Shown here in pieces: positions 1 to 14,709 of a stretch of DNA of 64,000 bases. The stretch's first letter is position 1, and every line of letters starts with the position of its first letter. The stretch is from an uncultured Myxococcales bacterium. GTDB taxonomy: Bacteria > Myxococcota_A > Polyangia > HGW-17 > SLPX01. The position numbers were made by a program, and so were the translations under genes. The stretch covers positions 3,313 through 67,312 of the forward strand of contig CAZIJS010000002.1 in NCBI GenBank assembly GCA_964539505.1, given 5' to 3'. The notes under the pieces are model-generated. The model worked only from the letters and a program-made list of their open reading frames with translations. It had not been told where the DNA came from and searched no databases.

Positions 1-80
1 AAGGGTGGCAAAAGAAAACACGATGCTGTAAAACCGCCCTGGGTGTTGTTCGTATCCATCAGCAAGGAAGGTAGCGCACC

Positions 81-1187
81 ATGGCAGTGAAACGTGTCGG
101 CATCATGACGGGCGGCGGAGATTGTCCCGGCCTCAACGCGGTGATCCGTGCCGCAGTGAGGACGGGCATCCAGAAATACGGATGGGAGATCCTTGGGATC
201 GAAGACGCATCCATGGGGCTCATCGACCTCGACTACAGGTCTCCCCATGGAAACATGTGGCTCACTCTCGATCACGTGGCCGACATTTTGCCCCGGGGCG
301 GCACCATTTTGGGCACGTCCAACCGGTCCGATCCGTTTCACTATGTCGTGGAGAAGGACGGACGAAAGACCGAGATAGACGTTTCGGATCGGGTCATCGA
401 AAATTTCGAAAAGCTTGGTCTCGAGGCGCTCATCTCCATCGGGGGGGATGGGTCCATGCGGATCGCCAAAGCCCTCATGGATCGGGGGCTGACGAACGTG
501 GTGGGCGTGCCCAAGACCATCGACAACGACCTGTCGGCCACGGACGTTACGTTTGGATTCGACACAGCGGTGCAGGTGGCCACCGAGGCGCTGGACCGTC
601 TGCGTGACACCGCGGAAAGTCACGACCGTGTCATGATCGTGGAGGTCATGGGCAGGGATGCCGGCTGGATCGCCTTGCATGCGGGCCTGGCCGGTGCCGC
701 CCATGCCATTGTCATTCCCGAGATACCCTACCGGCTCGAACCCATTGCAAAACGCATTACCGATCGACGCAAGCGCGGCCGGCCGTTCAGTATCGTCGTG
801 GTGGCAGAAGGGGCTGCGCCCAAGGGGGGCAAGCCCAGCGAACTTCCGCCTGAGCCGGGGGCCATGCCCCGTCTCATGGGTGCGGCCCACAAGGTCGCCC
901 ACGAGCTGGGACGCCTCATCGATGCGGACATGCGGGTCACTGTGCTCGGCCACATCCAGCGAGGCGGCAGTCCATCCAATTTCGACCGAGTCCTGGCCAC
1001 GCGGTTCGGAAATTTCGCCGCGAATCTCGTGGCCGAGGAACGCTTCGGCATGATGGCGGCTCTGCGCACACCTGATATCGTGGCCGTCCCCATAGCCGAG
1101 GCCGTAGACCGACCCAAGCGGGTGGACCCCAACGGACAGATGGTCACGATGGCTCGCGAACTCGGCGTGGTGTTCGGAGACGAGTGA
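81..1187 (+). CDS. pfkA: ATP-dependent 6-phosphofructokinase
   Basis: N-terminal GIMTGGGDCPGLNAV, GGDGS and MGRDAGW motifs typical of the PFK A family. RBS aaggaagg about 8 nt upstream of the ATG. Confidence 0.9.
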   Translation: MAVKRVGIMTGGGDCPGLNAVIRAAVRTGIQKYGWEILGIEDASMGLIDLDYRSPHGNMWLTLDHVADILPRGGTILGTSNRSDPFHYVVEKDGRKTEIDVSDRVIENFEKLGLEALISIGGDGSMRIAKALMDRGLTNVVGVPKTIDNDLSATDVTFGFDTAVQVATEALDRLRDTAESHDRVMIVEVMGRDAGWIALHAGLAGAAHAIVIPEIPYRLEPIAKRITDRRKRGRPFSIVVVAEGAAPKGGKPSELPPEPGAMPRLMGAAHKVAHELGRLIDADMRVTVLGHIQRGGSPSNFDRVLATRFGNFAANLVAEERFGMMAALRTPDIVAVPIAEAVDRPKRVDPNGQMVTMARELGVVFGDE

Positions 1188-2434
1188 TGCCTTCTGACTT
1201 CGCCGTGCCCAGACTCTGGCCCGAGGTGGGCGTTCCCGATGAGGATGGCATTCCCTTCGGTGGGCACAAACTCGTGCGCAAAATTGCAGTGGGCGGCATG
1301 GCAGAGGTGTATCTGGCTCTTCGTTGTGGCGAGTTCGGGTTCCGGCGTCACGAAGTGATCAAGGTGCTTTTGCCAAGACTGGCCAAGCACCAGGATTTCG
1401 TGGACATGTTCATCCGCGAGGCGGTCCTGGCGGCTGAGTTTCGCCACCCGAACCTGGTTCAGATTTACGACGTGGGCAGAGAGTCGGATCTCTACTACAT
1501 CGACATGGAGTTCGTCGACGGAGTGGACCTCATGCGCCTCGTCCGGCGCTGCCGCACCACGGGCAAACCCCTTTCACTGGATTTCGTCCTGGCGGTGGTG
1601 GCCCAGGTGGCCGAGGCCTTGACCGCGGTGCACGAAGCGACATCTGCAGACGGAAGGCCGCTCGACATCGTCCACCGGGACGTGACACCCCAAAATCTCA
1701 TGGTGGGGTTCGACGGTCAGGTCAAGGTCGTAGACTTCGGCGTGGCGCAAAGCCTGCTTGCAGAGGCCCATGCCGAGCAGGCCCTGCTGGGCAAGGGCCC
1801 GTACATGGCCCCTGAGCAATGGACTGCGGACGCGGTGGATCGTAGGGCCGATATCTTTGCTCTCGGAGTGGTGCTCTATGAGTTGACCGTGGGGCGACGG
1901 CTCTTCAAGAGAACCTCGCCGGAAGCCACGAAGAAAGCCATCCTGTCGGGAGATATCCCCAGGCCGAGCCGGGTCCGTCCCGGGTTTCCTCCTGAGCTGG
2001 AAGAGGTGATCTTGCATTGCCTGGCTTTAGACCCCAGGGATCGCTATCCCACCACCAGAGCCATGCGGCTGGCCATCGAGGAGGTTCAGTTTGGCCTGGG
2101 CGGGGCCTTGCATCGTGACGAGATGGCCCAGTGGCTCGACGAACTCTTTGCCGGGACCGATCGAAACGACCTCTGGCCCAAGCTGGACCTGACTGCGCCG
2201 GGGCAACTGTCGGAGGCTGACGAGGCCCTGCGCCGGGCCACCATGAAGCTGCCCCTGTTCAACGACGACGAATCCTCGTCTGGCTTGGCCATCACCGAGT
2301 TGTCCAACCGTCGCAAGCAGGCCAGGCGAGGTGACGAGGGCGGCCATGTGTCACATGGTGCTCTCCTGGGTGCCGCTGCAGCCGGCGCCCTGGTGGGCGC
2401 CGGTCTCATGGGTCTGCTCTGGGCTCTCCTTTGA
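1184..2434 (+). CDS. Ser/Thr protein kinase with C-terminal hydrophobic anchor
   Basis: Hanks kinase motifs GGMAEVY, VIK, HRDVTPQNLMV, DFGVA, APE. Hydrophobic tail GAAAAGALVGAGLMGLLWALL. Start ATGA overlaps the pfkA stop by 4 nt. Confidence 0.85.
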   Translation: MMPSDFAVPRLWPEVGVPDEDGIPFGGHKLVRKIAVGGMAEVYLALRCGEFGFRRHEVIKVLLPRLAKHQDFVDMFIREAVLAAEFRHPNLVQIYDVGRESDLYYIDMEFVDGVDLMRLVRRCRTTGKPLSLDFVLAVVAQVAEALTAVHEATSADGRPLDIVHRDVTPQNLMVGFDGQVKVVDFGVAQSLLAEAHAEQALLGKGPYMAPEQWTADAVDRRADIFALGVVLYELTVGRRLFKRTSPEATKKAILSGDIPRPSRVRPGFPPELEEVILHCLALDPRDRYPTTRAMRLAIEEVQFGLGGALHRDEMAQWLDELFAGTDRNDLWPKLDLTAPGQLSEADEALRRATMKLPLFNDDESSSGLAITELSNRRKQARRGDEGGHVSHGALLGAAAAGALVGAGLMGLLWALL

Positions 2435-2560
2435 CCCGTCTGTCGGATCGATTCTCCCAAAGCGTCGTTCGAAATTTGCCAGGAGTTGGGATTTGGCACT
2501 ACTCTCGATCTACAAAAACGTCGGCTTTGCCGTCGGCGTTTCTGGATCGAGAGGTCGGAT

Positions 2561-3181
2561 GTGACAGGAAGACGACGCGGCTTGGTGGGACGGGGGGCGG
2601 GAATCTGGGCGATTGTGGGCCTGCTCGTTCTGTCGGCACCGTTCGTTGCCGGTGGCTGCCGGCGCAACGGCCTGGCCCGTGCTGCGGCCCAGGAGCAGGA
2701 TGGCCGACAGGGCCGGCTGTTTCGTTGGGGTGACCAGGACCGGCACGACACATCCAAGACAAGCTCCGGAGATTTGTACGTGGGGCCGAGACCAGGTTGC
2801 GACCCGCGGTTTACAGGGCTGATGCCCCTAGCCGACATTGTTCGCCACTGTCCGGTAAGAGGGCGGCCCATTGTTTTCTCCGGTCCCACATGGTGTCGCT
2901 ATCTGTTCGATGGAGGCAGCTTTCTGCTCATGGAGAGCCCATCATTTTCATACCTGAGGCAATCTCTGGTGGAAGGTGCCACGATCCCGACAGCGACTGG
3001 ATGGGGGTTTGTCTGGACCAATGGTCGGGGTATTGCTTCGGTGGTGTTGCGCGAGCCCGACGGATCGGCCTTGGTGATCCAGGCCCCACGACAACTCTGC
3101 AGCCGGGATGTCCTGACTCGATTGGCCCTGGATGCGGCCGCCCGGATGCCGGCCCGGCGGGGGCGGCCGTCGCGGCCCTGA
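2561..3181 (+). CDS. hypothetical protein, possible lipoprotein
   Basis: ORF with GTG start candidate followed by a hydrophobic segment IWAIVGLLVLSAPFVAGGC (signal or lipobox-like). No recognisable domain. The start is uncertain. Confidence 0.3.
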   Translation: MTGRRRGLVGRGAGIWAIVGLLVLSAPFVAGGCRRNGLARAAAQEQDGRQGRLFRWGDQDRHDTSKTSSGDLYVGPRPGCDPRFTGLMPLADIVRHCPVRGRPIVFSGPTWCRYLFDGGSFLLMESPSFSYLRQSLVEGATIPTATGWGFVWTNGRGIASVVLREPDGSALVIQAPRQLCSRDVLTRLALDAAARMPARRGRPSRP

Positions 3182-3329
3182 ATCGAGTCGGTCGGTCTTG
3201 CCTGGCCCATGGTTTCCCATCGCGACAGGGCGCTTGCGACAAGGTTTGCTGGTGTGAAATTTTGCTCAAACCGGGGGGCTGTGTTTCAAGTAAGAAAAGG
3301 CCCTATGGGATTGGGCCGAGGAAGAGACC

Positions 3330-6300
3330 ATGGCACGAGGCATCCTGACAGCAGACGAAGTCGCCCTGCGCAGCGCAGGTGATCCTGCCCGGCGGCGATG
3401 GACCGGGGCGAGATCTGGTGCCCTGCGCAGAAATAAGAGGTCGGCAGGATCCCCACCACGGGTCATCGATCCGGCAGTCCAGGACCTCCGGTTGCCACCT
3501 CCGCCCCCGCCGCCCTCTCCACAACCTGCACCGCAGGCCGGTGTCACGGTGGAGAGCCCCCTGGTCACGGACCAGCGGCCCGCATCGAATCCAGGGGACG
3601 CGCTGCGGCCCCCACCGACCTCTCCTGCGACTGTGATTGGATCCGGGATGTCGGCATCCCTCCCCAGCCTTTCGGAGTCTGCAGCCCGGTTGCCCGATGC
3701 CCTGTCGGTCGTGGTGGCGCCGCCGGCCCCTCGACCGGTTCATCGGTCCATGGAGCGGGTTTCGATCCGGCAGATCTCCAGGCCTTTTCGGGCCGGGTCG
3801 GCAAAGACTTCGGACAGGAGCAGGGCAAAGCGGAGATGGATCTCATCTGCGCGGATCTGGATCTTTGGGATGGCAGCCCTGGCCGTGGGGCTGGCCGTTG
3901 CCATGAAGGTGGGAGCTTTGCCCTGGCCCTCCAGGCTGGCGCCACGCAACAAGGCTGGCGGACAGGAGGTCGATGACTCTGGAAAGCATGTGCCGGGTAA
4001 GGCGGTGAGCCACCGGCGCAAGGAGAAGGGATCGGCTGCCACGCAGACGTCTGGGACGGTGGACAGTCCCGATCCTGGGCCGCCCAGGCCAAGTGCTGCA
4101 GACCTCGAGACCCTGGGACGCGCCTCGGGCATCGGGGCAGACAGACGGGTGTTTTTGTTCGATGGGGGCGAGGTGCGGGTGGTGACCAAGGAGCAGGCCA
4201 CACAAGCGGGTTATCGAATCGTGGACTTGAGCGACGACCACGCCCCGTTCATTTTTTCGGAGGAGACACCAGGCCTGTCGGACCATCGACCCAACGAATA
4301 TCGTGCCACCTACGTGAACTTGGCCAACGATCGCACCGATGAGGAAGGCAGACCTCTTTTGCCCGATCAACACAATTATGTCGAACTCTTTGGAATCCAC
4401 CCATCCCTTTCAGTGATCCAGAAACGCTTTTTAGCCGATGAAGCCAAGACTTGTTATTCGCAGATCGACATCAAGCTCCTCTCGCAGTTCCGGGGAGTGA
4501 TCCGTTACAAGGGTGGCAAGCGGTCAGCCGAGGTTCTCGCCCGATACCGGGAGTTGGAGCGGCGGGTGCACCGAGCCATGCGTCGGACCGGTCGCCGCAC
4601 TGTCGGAGCGCTGGCCGGGTCTTCTGCATATCGGGCCCTGGTTCGGGCCTATCGCAGGGCGCAGGTGCGCGTGGAGGTGATCAACCAGGTGCAGCTCAGG
4701 CTCAGGTGCGAAGGTCTGCTGGGCGAAGGTGAGCATTATCGCCGGCGGGTTTTCGACTATGTAACCCACAGGGCCCTGTCCCGGTTCGAGCGCAAGCACA
4801 TGATTTTTGGCTGGGGGCAAATTTACGGAAAGACGAGAGCATATCTGGGATCGCCGCCCCTGTTGAACAATTATCGGGCACTTCTCAGGGTGTTGGCCGA
4901 ACGGGTGGCCGATTCGTTGGGCATCATCGAAGACGGATCCGTGCTTGGGGTCAAAGGGATCGATGCATCCTACCGGGAAGGTGGCAAGAAGCACCAGGTG
5001 CCAGACCTCATCGGACTGTTTACGAAGAGATTGGCTAAGACCTTGAACCTGGATGATCCGGCCAAGGCCTTGGCGTTTTTTAAGGCTCAACGACCGGACC
5101 TCTTCAAGCATTTTCGAGTTGGTCTGCGTCTGCCCGCTCTGCCTCCTTACTATGGGGACAAGATGAAATTCCTCGTGGAGATCCATCGCGGGGACGTCTG
5201 GTACGACTATCCGTACGATGCCGCGGGGAAGAAAAGACGCCAGCCCCGATCCCGATATCCCCACCTGGTGCTCTATACGATCTGGAAGGACCAGAAGATT
5301 CCCCTGGTTCGTTGGCAGACCACCATTGGCGGGTGGCGCAAGGAGCATAAGGACGGGAAGGTCTATCTCAAATACAAAAATTCTGACGTGGGCCCCCGTG
5401 TCTGGCGCGACATCGTGGCAGCCCCGGTCTGGATTCCTCCGGAGAGCACCCCGCCCTCTGCCCTGGTCACCAGAGAGAAGGTCGACGGCAAGTGGGTCTG
5501 GCGGGTCAAACGAGAGGAGATCGGGCCTTCGTATCTGTCTGCCTATGGGTTGGTGGCGGCATATCATCTTCAAAAAATCGGTGAAGGCCGTCGTGCCCTC
5601 TGGCGTGACAACGGGATTCGGACGCATGGATCTGTGGCTTATATGTCGATTTTTGGTGGGTTTTCACATGGCTGTCACAGGCTGCACAACCACCTGGCCG
5701 TGCGCCTCTTTTCGTTCATTTTGAGACATTCGTCGTTTCGACGCAGGGGACAGGTGCCCCTTCGGTACGGAAGGACCTTTTCATACAAGGGCCACAGATA
5801 CCAGATCGTGCTCCACACCAGGGGATATTATTACACTTTGAACAAGCCGCTGTCTGTCTTTGTGACCGAAGGACGGGTCCGGGGCAAGGTCAAAGAGCCC
5901 ATCGAGCGGTACATGCCCATGCCGGGAGAACAGTATGCCCCAGACGATCCCAACTTGCAGGACGTGTCGGGGCAGCAACAAGGCGGATGGTCCGGCCCAG
6001 ACAGCCTTCCTCCAGACGTGCCCCCGGCAGACGCCCAGCCGATTCATCCGGCTTCGCCGGACCTGCCGGCACCAGGAGCAAAGCTCCGCAAAGAGCCGGT
6101 CAGGGGCACAGGAAACGCCGGAAGAGCCGGGGCTGAGAGCCAGTCAGCCAGCCCGGTCCCGGGACGTCCGAAGGCCCTGCCCCGCCCCAGACCCGGGGCG
6201 AGGCCTGCCACGCCGGTTGCTTCCCGGAAAGCAGGTGTGCGTGGGCGCAGGCAGAGGACAGACAGCCAGCCCAAGCGCGGGATATCGAGAGTGCCTCGGG

Positions 6301-6419
6301 GCGGCGGGATGCCGTCGGGCTACAACGGGCACGGGAGTCGGTCCGCCGTGCGCTCCACAACCGCCAGACGAGGATCGAAGACCGCGACCGGGACCAGGCG
6401 AACTGCCGGTCAGCGGTAA
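3330..6419 (+). CDS. L,D-transpeptidase (YkuD-like) catalytic domain protein with Pro-rich N-terminus, one TM segment and Arg-rich tail
   Basis: HGS, a 17-residue gap, then SHGCHRL, resembling the YkuD His/Cys catalytic motif. TM segment IWIFGMAALAVGLAVAMKVG. Low-complexity PPPPPPPSPQP near the N-terminus. C-terminal 150 aa are rich in R/G/P/S. Start uncertain (an alternative internal Met is MERVSIRQ). Confidence 0.55.
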   Translation: MARGILTADEVALRSAGDPARRRWTGARSGALRRNKRSAGSPPRVIDPAVQDLRLPPPPPPPSPQPAPQAGVTVESPLVTDQRPASNPGDALRPPPTSPATVIGSGMSASLPSLSESAARLPDALSVVVAPPAPRPVHRSMERVSIRQISRPFRAGSAKTSDRSRAKRRWISSARIWIFGMAALAVGLAVAMKVGALPWPSRLAPRNKAGGQEVDDSGKHVPGKAVSHRRKEKGSAATQTSGTVDSPDPGPPRPSAADLETLGRASGIGADRRVFLFDGGEVRVVTKEQATQAGYRIVDLSDDHAPFIFSEETPGLSDHRPNEYRATYVNLANDRTDEEGRPLLPDQHNYVELFGIHPSLSVIQKRFLADEAKTCYSQIDIKLLSQFRGVIRYKGGKRSAEVLARYRELERRVHRAMRRTGRRTVGALAGSSAYRALVRAYRRAQVRVEVINQVQLRLRCEGLLGEGEHYRRRVFDYVTHRALSRFERKHMIFGWGQIYGKTRAYLGSPPLLNNYRALLRVLAERVADSLGIIEDGSVLGVKGIDASYREGGKKHQVPDLIGLFTKRLAKTLNLDDPAKALAFFKAQRPDLFKHFRVGLRLPALPPYYGDKMKFLVEIHRGDVWYDYPYDAAGKKRRQPRSRYPHLVLYTIWKDQKIPLVRWQTTIGGWRKEHKDGKVYLKYKNSDVGPRVWRDIVAAPVWIPPESTPPSALVTREKVDGKWVWRVKREEIGPSYLSAYGLVAAYHLQKIGEGRRALWRDNGIRTHGSVAYMSIFGGFSHGCHRLHNHLAVRLFSFILRHSSFRRRGQVPLRYGRTFSYKGHRYQIVLHTRGYYYTLNKPLSVFVTEGRVRGKVKEPIERYMPMPGEQYAPDDPNLQDVSGQQQGGWSGPDSLPPDVPPADAQPIHPASPDLPAPGAKLRKEPVRGTGNAGRAGAESQSASPVPGRPKALPRPRPGARPATPVASRKAGVRGRRQRTDSQPKRGISRVPRGGGMPSGYNGHGSRSAVRSTTARRGSKTATGTRRTAGQR

Positions 6420-6521
6420 GTCGGTCTGCTTTTCCGGGCTGCTTCTTCCAGTCGGTGCGTTCGCAGGGAGGATGGGTTCTTTTCTTGGCAGTCGACTGGC
6501 GCCACACTATGATATGAGATC

Positions 6522-8774
6522 ATGAACGGGGCACAGAGCCATAGAAAGAGCGCCTGTGGCGTTGGTTGTGTGACTGGTGCGGCGGGCTCTCGAGATCGTT
6601 TTTCCTTGGATCGGTGTTTTCTGCGTTCCGGGAGGACGGTACCGCGGCGCTATAGAGCCTTTGGGCTTCTTTTGTGGTCCTGGATCGTTTCTGGGATTCT
6701 GTGGTCCGGCTGTCCCAAACAGCAAGTCCGGCCTCCTCATTGCGGCAACGGCGTGGTGGAAGGGCGGGAAGAATGTGACGACGGCAACAGTGTCGGGGGG
6801 GATGGCTGCAGCGCCTACTGCACCAAAGAGGGGGGAGAGATTTGCGGCAACTACGAAGACGACGACCACGACGGCCTGGCTGATTGCGCGGATCCCGACT
6901 GCCAGGGCAATCCTGTTTGTTTCGAGCCTTTGGAGAATTGTCACAACGCAGCAGACGATGACGGTGACGGTCTCATCGATTGTGCGGACCCAGACTGCGC
7001 CGAAACGAGTTTTTGTCTGCCGGACGAGGACTGTACCAATGGAATCGATGACGACCACGATGGATTGACGGATTGTCAGGAGCCAGACTGTGCCGGATTG
7101 CCGGTCTGCGGGGCCTGTGACGCGACATTGGATCTGGGGCTCGTCGGGCCGGGAGACGCCACGACCATTGCCCTGGACCGAAACAGCGCCCTGGCTTCGT
7201 CGGTGCTCGACTGCGGACCGCCCGGTTCGTTCGAGATGCAGGTCAGGCTCGAAGTGCAGGTCTCGGTGCACCTGTCGGTATCTGGACACCTGGCCGCGCA
7301 GGAGGCCCTGGGATTGGAGCAGGAGGTGGCTCCGGGAGAGAGTTGCACCCTGCTCGCGTGGGGCTGCGGGCAGGCCGGCAGTGATGGTCTGCTGGATCTC
7401 CTCTGGTATCGCTTGCCGCCTGGGACCTATCGATTGGCCTACCGGCCCACACAAGATGCGTCAGCTCAGGAGCCTGCGCCGGTCTTGTCGTTGGATCTGC
7501 GCGACGGCTCCCACGAGATTTCTTGTGCAGATGGTCTCGACGAGGATGGTGATGGGCTGACCGATTGCGAAGACGACGACTGCACTTCGGATGCTGCTTG
7601 TCTCGTTGAGTTGTGCGACAACGGGATCGACGATGACCAGGACGGGTCGACCGACTGCGAAGACGACGATTGTGCCCAGGATCCTGCTTGTCTGCCACCA
7701 GAGGACTGTAGCAACGGAATGGATGACGACAACGACGGCTTGGTGGATTGCGCGGATCTGGACTGTGCGGGAAACGCCGCCTGTCAGGGGGGGCTTTGCG
7801 TGGTGAATCGTGACCTGGGGAATCTGGGTCGAGGGGATCGAGTCTTGTGGTCGTTCGACACCAGGGGTGCCTCGGACCTGGCGGTATTGTCCTGTGGTGG
7901 CGGAAGAGAGGTGGTCGCAGATTTTCGTCTCGAAAGCCGGTCCGTCGTGCTCGTCCATGTGGAGCAAACGGGCCATCACGTTCTCGCGTTGACTACTGAA
8001 TCCGGGCCGGACAGATGGTGCAACGAGGCCGAAATCGATTGTGTGGATCCTGGTGGGGCGGGCCAGGACATCGATATTGCCTATCGGTTGCCACCAGCCA
8101 GGTATTTTTTGTTTGTGGAAGCCATCTCCGAGGATGCCACGGGAACGGGAACCGTAACGGTTCGGGTGGCCGACGACCTTTCGGAGATCTGCGATGACGG
8201 CATCGACGACAATGGCGATGGATTGACGGACTGCAACGATCCAGAGTGCATGACATCACAGGCCTGTCTGCCGGAATCAGCCTGTCACGACGGAATCGAC
8301 GACGACGGGGACGGCTGGACGGACTGTGCGGACAGTGATTGTGTGGCAACGGCACCATGCATCGGTTCGGCATGCCTTGCAGACCGGAATTTGGGGCTTT
8401 TACCCCAGGACCGGCCATTGTATGTCACAGATTCTACGGAAGGATTGACGGACCGATTCCAGGCATCCTGCAATCCCTGGCCTGGACCGGATCGCGTCTA
8501 TACCTTCGATCTGGACGCACCCTCCTCGGTCATCTTGCGGCTGTCTCAGGGCCTCGACTCGGACCATGGCCTGGCCCTGGCGTTTCCTGGGGGACCAGGC
8601 AGTTCCTGCATCCAGTGGGAACATCTCTGTGCCGCTTCGGCAGGTCCAGGCTTGCCGGTGGTCGTTCGAACAGACCCGTTGCCCGCAGGGCGCTATGAGG
8701 TCCTGGTAGATGCCTATGGAGAGCAGGGCAGCGGGCCGTTTACTTTGCAAGTAAGTCGGGGGAGCCAGCCCTGA
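6522..8774 (+). CDS. secreted Cys-rich repeat protein alternating DDDxDG-Cys modules with PPC-like beta domains
   Basis: N-terminal hydrophobic signal (LLLWSWIVSGILWSGC) and a Myxococcus Cys-rich repeat (CGNGVVEGREECDDGNSVGGDGCSAYC). About 12 repeats of C-x-N/D-G-x-DDD-x-DG-L-x-DC-x-D-x-DC. Four ~150-aa beta-rich modules end in G-x-Y-x-L-x-V, like pre-peptidase C-terminal domains. The exact start is uncertain. Confidence 0.7.
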   Translation: MNGAQSHRKSACGVGCVTGAAGSRDRFSLDRCFLRSGRTVPRRYRAFGLLLWSWIVSGILWSGCPKQQVRPPHCGNGVVEGREECDDGNSVGGDGCSAYCTKEGGEICGNYEDDDHDGLADCADPDCQGNPVCFEPLENCHNAADDDGDGLIDCADPDCAETSFCLPDEDCTNGIDDDHDGLTDCQEPDCAGLPVCGACDATLDLGLVGPGDATTIALDRNSALASSVLDCGPPGSFEMQVRLEVQVSVHLSVSGHLAAQEALGLEQEVAPGESCTLLAWGCGQAGSDGLLDLLWYRLPPGTYRLAYRPTQDASAQEPAPVLSLDLRDGSHEISCADGLDEDGDGLTDCEDDDCTSDAACLVELCDNGIDDDQDGSTDCEDDDCAQDPACLPPEDCSNGMDDDNDGLVDCADLDCAGNAACQGGLCVVNRDLGNLGRGDRVLWSFDTRGASDLAVLSCGGGREVVADFRLESRSVVLVHVEQTGHHVLALTTESGPDRWCNEAEIDCVDPGGAGQDIDIAYRLPPARYFLFVEAISEDATGTGTVTVRVADDLSEICDDGIDDNGDGLTDCNDPECMTSQACLPESACHDGIDDDGDGWTDCADSDCVATAPCIGSACLADRNLGLLPQDRPLYVTDSTEGLTDRFQASCNPWPGPDRVYTFDLDAPSSVILRLSQGLDSDHGLALAFPGGPGSSCIQWEHLCAASAGPGLPVVVRTDPLPAGRYEVLVDAYGEQGSGPFTLQVSRGSQP

Positions 8775-8802
8775 TGTCAGTCTACAAGATTGGTTGGAAA
8801 CA

Positions 8803-14175
<5,373 letters not shown>

Positions 14176-14315
14176 GTAGGGTGATTATAGCAATAATTGG
14201 TAGTGGCGGCACAGGACTTATGCAAAGATTCATTGGGGACCAGACAGCACAATCCGAGGTTTCCAATCCTCTCGGGCCTGGGGTATAAAGGGCGGTGGAA
14301 AGGAGAGCGCGGTTC

Positions 14316-14696
14316 ATGGCAGAGGACGTGACAGGCAGGGTGTTGGTCGTAGACGATTCGGCTGCCATGCGGCGGCTCGTCTGTGATGCCTTGGAAATGG
14401 AAGGATTCGAGACAGTGGAGGCATCCTCGGGGTTTGCTGCCATCAAGGAACTGGCGGCCCAGTCATTCGATCTCGTGGTGACCGATATCAACATGCCGGA
14501 ACTGACTGGTCTGGATGTCATCCGGTATTGCAAGTCCCGTCCTGCCAGTCCCCCGGTGGTCGTGATTTCCACAGATCAGGCAAAGGAAGACCGGCGGCGG
14601 GCTCTGCGACTCGGCGCTCTCGACTACGTGACCAAGCCCTTCGATCCGGAGGACCTGGTGGCCCTTTGCCGACGTTGTATAGGGGCAGGCGAATAA
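14316..14696 (+). CDS. cheY: CheY-like single-domain response regulator
   Basis: Receiver motifs VLVVDDSAAMRRL, VTDINMP and TKPF. RBS aggaga 9 nt before the ATG at 14316. The six-frame ORF extends to a GTG at 14295. Confidence 0.85.
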   Translation: MAEDVTGRVLVVDDSAAMRRLVCDALEMEGFETVEASSGFAAIKELAAQSFDLVVTDINMPELTGLDVIRYCKSRPASPPVVVISTDQAKEDRRRALRLGALDYVTKPFDPEDLVALCRRCIGAGE

Positions 14697-14709
14697 GGGG
14701 GGGCTGTCC

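Noticed and set aside
728-1447. 239-aa minus-strand ORF overlapping pfkA and the kinase start
   Set aside because: Antisense to two genes with strong family motifs.
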